A DNA stretch of 64,000 nt from the IMG/VR virus record IMGVR_UViG_2915650412_000004, positions 1 through 64,000 of that record; one strand, written 5' to 3'. Of the stretch, positions 60,760 through 64,000 are shown piece after piece (position 1 is the first letter of the stretch; each line of letters opens with the position of its first letter). Source of the DNA: a virus. Taxonomy: Duplodnaviria; Caudoviricetes. The notes under the pieces were generated by a model, which saw only the letters and a list, made by a program, of their open reading frames with translations, was not told the DNA's origin and made no database searches. Position numbers and translations under genes: made by a program.

Positions 60760-63360
60760 ATGCCATTTTTAGCCCCGATCGGCGCCTTTTTCAGCGGCAT
60801 AGTGACGAGCGTGGCCGCATGGGCCGCAGCAAGCCCGATCCTCGCCGGCATTGCGCAGACAGCCTTCGGCATCGCGCTCAAATACGCCGTCAATGCACTG
60901 TTTCCCCCTAAAACGCAGAGCCGTGCTTCCGAACTGGAAACGCAATACGGCGCGAATATCCCGCGTTCGGTCATTCTCGGCACCTGCGCGACTGAGGGCC
61001 ACCACATTTACCGGAATAGTTACGGCAGCGGCGGGCGTTTGATACAGGACGTCTTCGTGCTGTCGAGCTTCCGCATCACGGCTGTGAACCGTGTCCGGTA
61101 TAACGGGCAATGGCGCGAGCTGGTTGAGCAAGACGCTGACGGCTTTTGGCTGATCCCGAATGAAGGTACGAGCGGCGACGATCACGATAATATCAAGGTC
61201 AAGTTCTACTACGGCACAATGGATCAGCAAGCTGAACCGACGCTGATCCAGCATTCGCGACCCGCTGGCCGATGGACCGCCGCGCACCGTGGTGCTGGCG
61301 TGGCCTATGCTGTCGTCTGGTCGGAACTCCGTAAGAACGGCGATGGGCTGACATCACCGGCTAAGCTGCTATTCGAAGTTGTCGGCGCTCCTGAATACGA
61401 CTGGAGAAAAGATAGCACTGTCGGCGGCTCGGGTTCGCATCGATACGAAGATCAGAACACATGGGAATACTCTGACAATCCAGCCGTCCATGCCTATAAT
61501 CTGGAGCGCGGCTTCTTTAACGGATCGCAGCGCATGGTCGGCAAGGCTGTTCGTGCAAGCCGCCTGCCTTTGGCGGAGTATACCCAGGCAGCGAACATCT
61601 GCGATGAAATCATGTCGGACGGCTCGAAGCGCTATCGTGCGCATGCGATTGCCAAGGACGGCCCCGGTGCGAACCACGATGCCAACCTTTCGCCTATCCT
61701 CGAAGCCATGTGCGGTTCGTGGGTCGAGCGGGTTGACGGTGAGTTCCCGATCGCGGGCGCACCGCAGGCCATTGTTGCGACGATTACCGATGCCGATATC
61801 AAGCGCGGTGCACCTCTGCGGTTCAGCGCCAAACGCAAGCGTACAGAACTGATCAACACGGTTGCTGCATCTTGGGTTTCGCCTGATGACTTCTATGAGA
61901 CGAAGGACGCGGCAACTCGCATTGATGCTGGCGCACTGGCCGAGGACCGGGAAACGCTTGCCAGCGCCATTCCTTATGCTGCTGTTACTGACGTGCGGCA
62001 GGTGGACAGGCTGGCAGATATCGCCATCCGTGGCGCTCGCTATCAGGCATCGGCCGAAATCGTCGTTCATCCGAAGTTCCTCGACACGATCAAGGAAGGC
62101 CGGTGGGTTCGCTGGAATAGCGCCAAGTATGGCGACCGCACATATCAGGTGCTGACCCGGCAGCTTGGCGGGATCAATACGGATGGTGCCCGCGATATCT
62201 CGATTGCGCTGCAACAGATCAGCAACGGCGTCTTTGATCCGACGGCATATGAAACCAACCCGCCGAATATCATTGTCGTGCCACCGCCGCAGTATCTGGC
62301 AGAAGTGCAGAACTTCGATGTTATTCCGACGATCGTCAAAGCGGATGGTGCCGGAGAGCTGCCGGGCGCGCGACTGCTGTGGGATGCGATCGATGATATC
62401 TCTGTCGTCGGTGTCGATATCGAATACTGGCCTGCTAACGATCCTAGCCAGGTGTTCAAGCGCTTCGTGACGTGGGATGTGGTGAATGTTCTTCTGGTTG
62501 AAGGCCTGACTTCGCTCACAGACTGGTTCGTTCGGACGCGCTTGCGTGTCGATAATGGCCGCTCGGTGGCGTGGGCTGCTGCTAGGCCGTTCACGACGCT
62601 TGACGCGTCTGGCGATGATAGCCCGGTCGATTATGAGCGGTTAGACGCGGATGTCCAAGGCCTTATCAATTATATGACGGATGGTCTGCGCGAACTGAAG
62701 CGTCAAGCGCAAGAGCTGGCAACAACCACGGCTGACAATCACAACAGTAATTATGTTGATATTCAACGTATTAGCCGCCAGCTGTCGAGTACGTTCGGCA
62801 GTGCAAAGGCCGAATGGCGCGAAGACATATTTGTCGCCACCGGCCCAAACAGCGCCATAGCGCAGCAATTGAACACATTAAGTGTGGAGTTGGACGGCAA
62901 GGCTGATGCAGAGGCAGTTACACTTCTCCAAACCCGCGTTGATGAAGTTGACGGCGAAGTTTCAGCGATTTCCAATGCGCTGACCGAGGTTAACGCATCG
63001 GTTGATGGAACTGTATCGAACGCAGCTTGGCGGATGACCGCATCTGCTGGCAGTGGTGGGTATACGTCGAAAATATCTGCTTTTGCCCGCGTTGGTAACG
63101 GAGATGCCTGGAAACAGGCGGGCTGGTTTGTAAACGTGAGCGCCACGCAAAGCCAACTTGTTTTGATGGCCGATCAGGTGGCGATAGCTGACACCTCAGA
63201 CCCGAACAACACCACATATCCGTTCGTTTCTCAGAACTCAGAAATCTATATGCAAAGTGTTCGGCTTGGGACGTTGAAGTTTGATCAGCTGCAATCAAAC
63301 AACGGGAAACTCATCATTCGAGGATACGGGAACTTTTCGGACATGAGGATATATTCGTAA
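60760..63360 (+). CDS. Tail tip/host-specificity protein (gpJ-like)
   Basis: 866 aa; SDNPA...Y, FSAKRKRTELINTV, C-terminal coiled coil. Confidence 0.85.
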   Translation: MPFLAPIGAFFSGIVTSVAAWAAASPILAGIAQTAFGIALKYAVNALFPPKTQSRASELETQYGANIPRSVILGTCATEGHHIYRNSYGSGGRLIQDVFVLSSFRITAVNRVRYNGQWRELVEQDADGFWLIPNEGTSGDDHDNIKVKFYYGTMDQQAEPTLIQHSRPAGRWTAAHRGAGVAYAVVWSELRKNGDGLTSPAKLLFEVVGAPEYDWRKDSTVGGSGSHRYEDQNTWEYSDNPAVHAYNLERGFFNGSQRMVGKAVRASRLPLAEYTQAANICDEIMSDGSKRYRAHAIAKDGPGANHDANLSPILEAMCGSWVERVDGEFPIAGAPQAIVATITDADIKRGAPLRFSAKRKRTELINTVAASWVSPDDFYETKDAATRIDAGALAEDRETLASAIPYAAVTDVRQVDRLADIAIRGARYQASAEIVVHPKFLDTIKEGRWVRWNSAKYGDRTYQVLTRQLGGINTDGARDISIALQQISNGVFDPTAYETNPPNIIVVPPPQYLAEVQNFDVIPTIVKADGAGELPGARLLWDAIDDISVVGVDIEYWPANDPSQVFKRFVTWDVVNVLLVEGLTSLTDWFVRTRLRVDNGRSVAWAAARPFTTLDASGDDSPVDYERLDADVQGLINYMTDGLRELKRQAQELATTTADNHNSNYVDIQRISRQLSSTFGSAKAEWREDIFVATGPNSAIAQQLNTLSVELDGKADAEAVTLLQTRVDEVDGEVSAISNALTEVNASVDGTVSNAAWRMTASAGSGGYTSKISAFARVGNGDAWKQAGWFVNVSATQSQLVLMADQVAIADTSDPNNTTYPFVSQNSEIYMQSVRLGTLKFDQLQSNNGKLIIRGYGNFSDMRIYS

Positions 63361-64000
63361 TGGTTCAGCTGTTCATTGGTCACAAGCCCGGTGTCGGCGC
63401 GGTTCTGAAGTGTCTGAAGTACGACACCGACGACGCTCTGACGCTGGCGAACAACGCATATGAGCGGCTCTACTTCAATTCAGAAAATCAGAAGCTCAGC
63501 TATGTATTCCCGGCTGATGCCTTTTATTTTCGGAATGCCGAACTGTCAGGGTTGCCGGAAGGTGTGTTTAGCGTCAATCAGGGTAAAATAGTTGGCCGAA
63601 AAACCACGTTCGGTTCATTTTACGACGTGACGATTTTCTATAAGATCAATGCGGTATACCCTGAATTGACCTATCCGCCCATTCCCGAAGTCCGGCGAAA
63701 AGACCTGAACAATGGAAGAACGGAAGCCAGTGTTCTTGACGTGACAACGTACAGTGCAGGTGGCGGACTAATCGAAGCATATCAATACCGTTATCAAATG
63801 GTCCGTGTTGCATCATTTGACACGGCATCATCAACCCAGACGCTCGTATCATCCTATAATGGCAAAGTAATCAGCGCTATGAGCGGCCAAGTGGCATTGG
63901 GCTCGCTTGTCTTGCCGATCGACGGCGGTAGCGCCTATTTTGACGACAGACGGGCCTTTGTGACTTACCCCAGCATTTGGGACTTGCCGGCTGATAGTTC
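63360..64000 (+). CDS. Tail/receptor-binding protein, truncated by the window end
   Basis: ATG at 63360 coupled to the previous stop; frame stays open to 64000 (MVQLFIGHKPGVGAVLK...). Confidence 0.7.
   Translation, partial: MVQLFIGHKPGVGAVLKCLKYDTDDALTLANNAYERLYFNSENQKLSYVFPADAFYFRNAELSGLPEGVFSVNQGKIVGRKTTFGSFYDVTIFYKINAVYPELTYPPIPEVRRKDLNNGRTEASVLDVTTYSAGGGLIEAYQYRYQMVRVASFDTASSTQTLVSSYNGKVISAMSGQVALGSLVLPIDGGSAYFDDRRAFVTYPSIWDLPADS

Larger units (their letters stand above)
1..64000. mobile_element. Temperate siphophage prophage (helper), both ends outside the window; interrupted by a satellite at 31304-47354
   Basis: Lambdoid gene order: divergent early operons, repressor, replication, HNH-terS-terL, portal, protease, HK97-type capsid, neck, tail, tape measure, tail tip; no host housekeeping genes and no helper integrase or lysis genes seen. 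Confidence 0.95.

Overview
The window lies wholly inside a temperate siphophage prophage of an alphaproteobacterial host. The Rhizobiales-type assignment is inferred from LexA boxes, cuckoo RNA and GTA-like tail genes and is unverified. Both prophage ends are outside the window. From left to right it holds a leftward early operon (1-6640), an immunity region with a cI-like repressor (to 7770), a rightward recombination/replication operon (Sak4-like ATPase, DUF669 SSB, nucleotidyltransferase, beta clamp, exonuclease, helicase, methyltransferases, primase-polymerase, iteron origin; 8291-28113), a tRNA-Met-like gene, HNH-terS-terL, and, after an interruption, portal-protease-capsid-neck-tail genes (47371-64000). 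Two features stand out. (1) A TIGR-Tas RNA-guided locus sits in the early operon: 13 stem-loop units with a 36-nt core GGCCA-N9-YGWAA(C/A)CCA-N9-CGCC in three clusters (3115-5556), around a nuclease-less Nop/IS110-like TasA gene and an uncharacterised ORF. (2) A 16,030-bp phage satellite is integrated into the last codons of the helper terL (att repeats 31304-31324 and 47334-47354). It carries its own integrase, rep/iteron origin, tRNA-Gln, a short-scaffold capsid paralog, HNH/terS with a helper-like cos region, an unusual tail chaperone/gp10/tape-measure module, a GNAT toxin-antitoxin pair and a candidate defence triad. Also noted: a three-hairpin cuckoo sRNA, hard-coded ssrA-like ANDN...AA motifs in many early proteins, and a conserved CACGAGGAG leader whose complement is displayed in a satellite hairpin loop. 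All protein calls come from motif recognition by eye; no database search was run.
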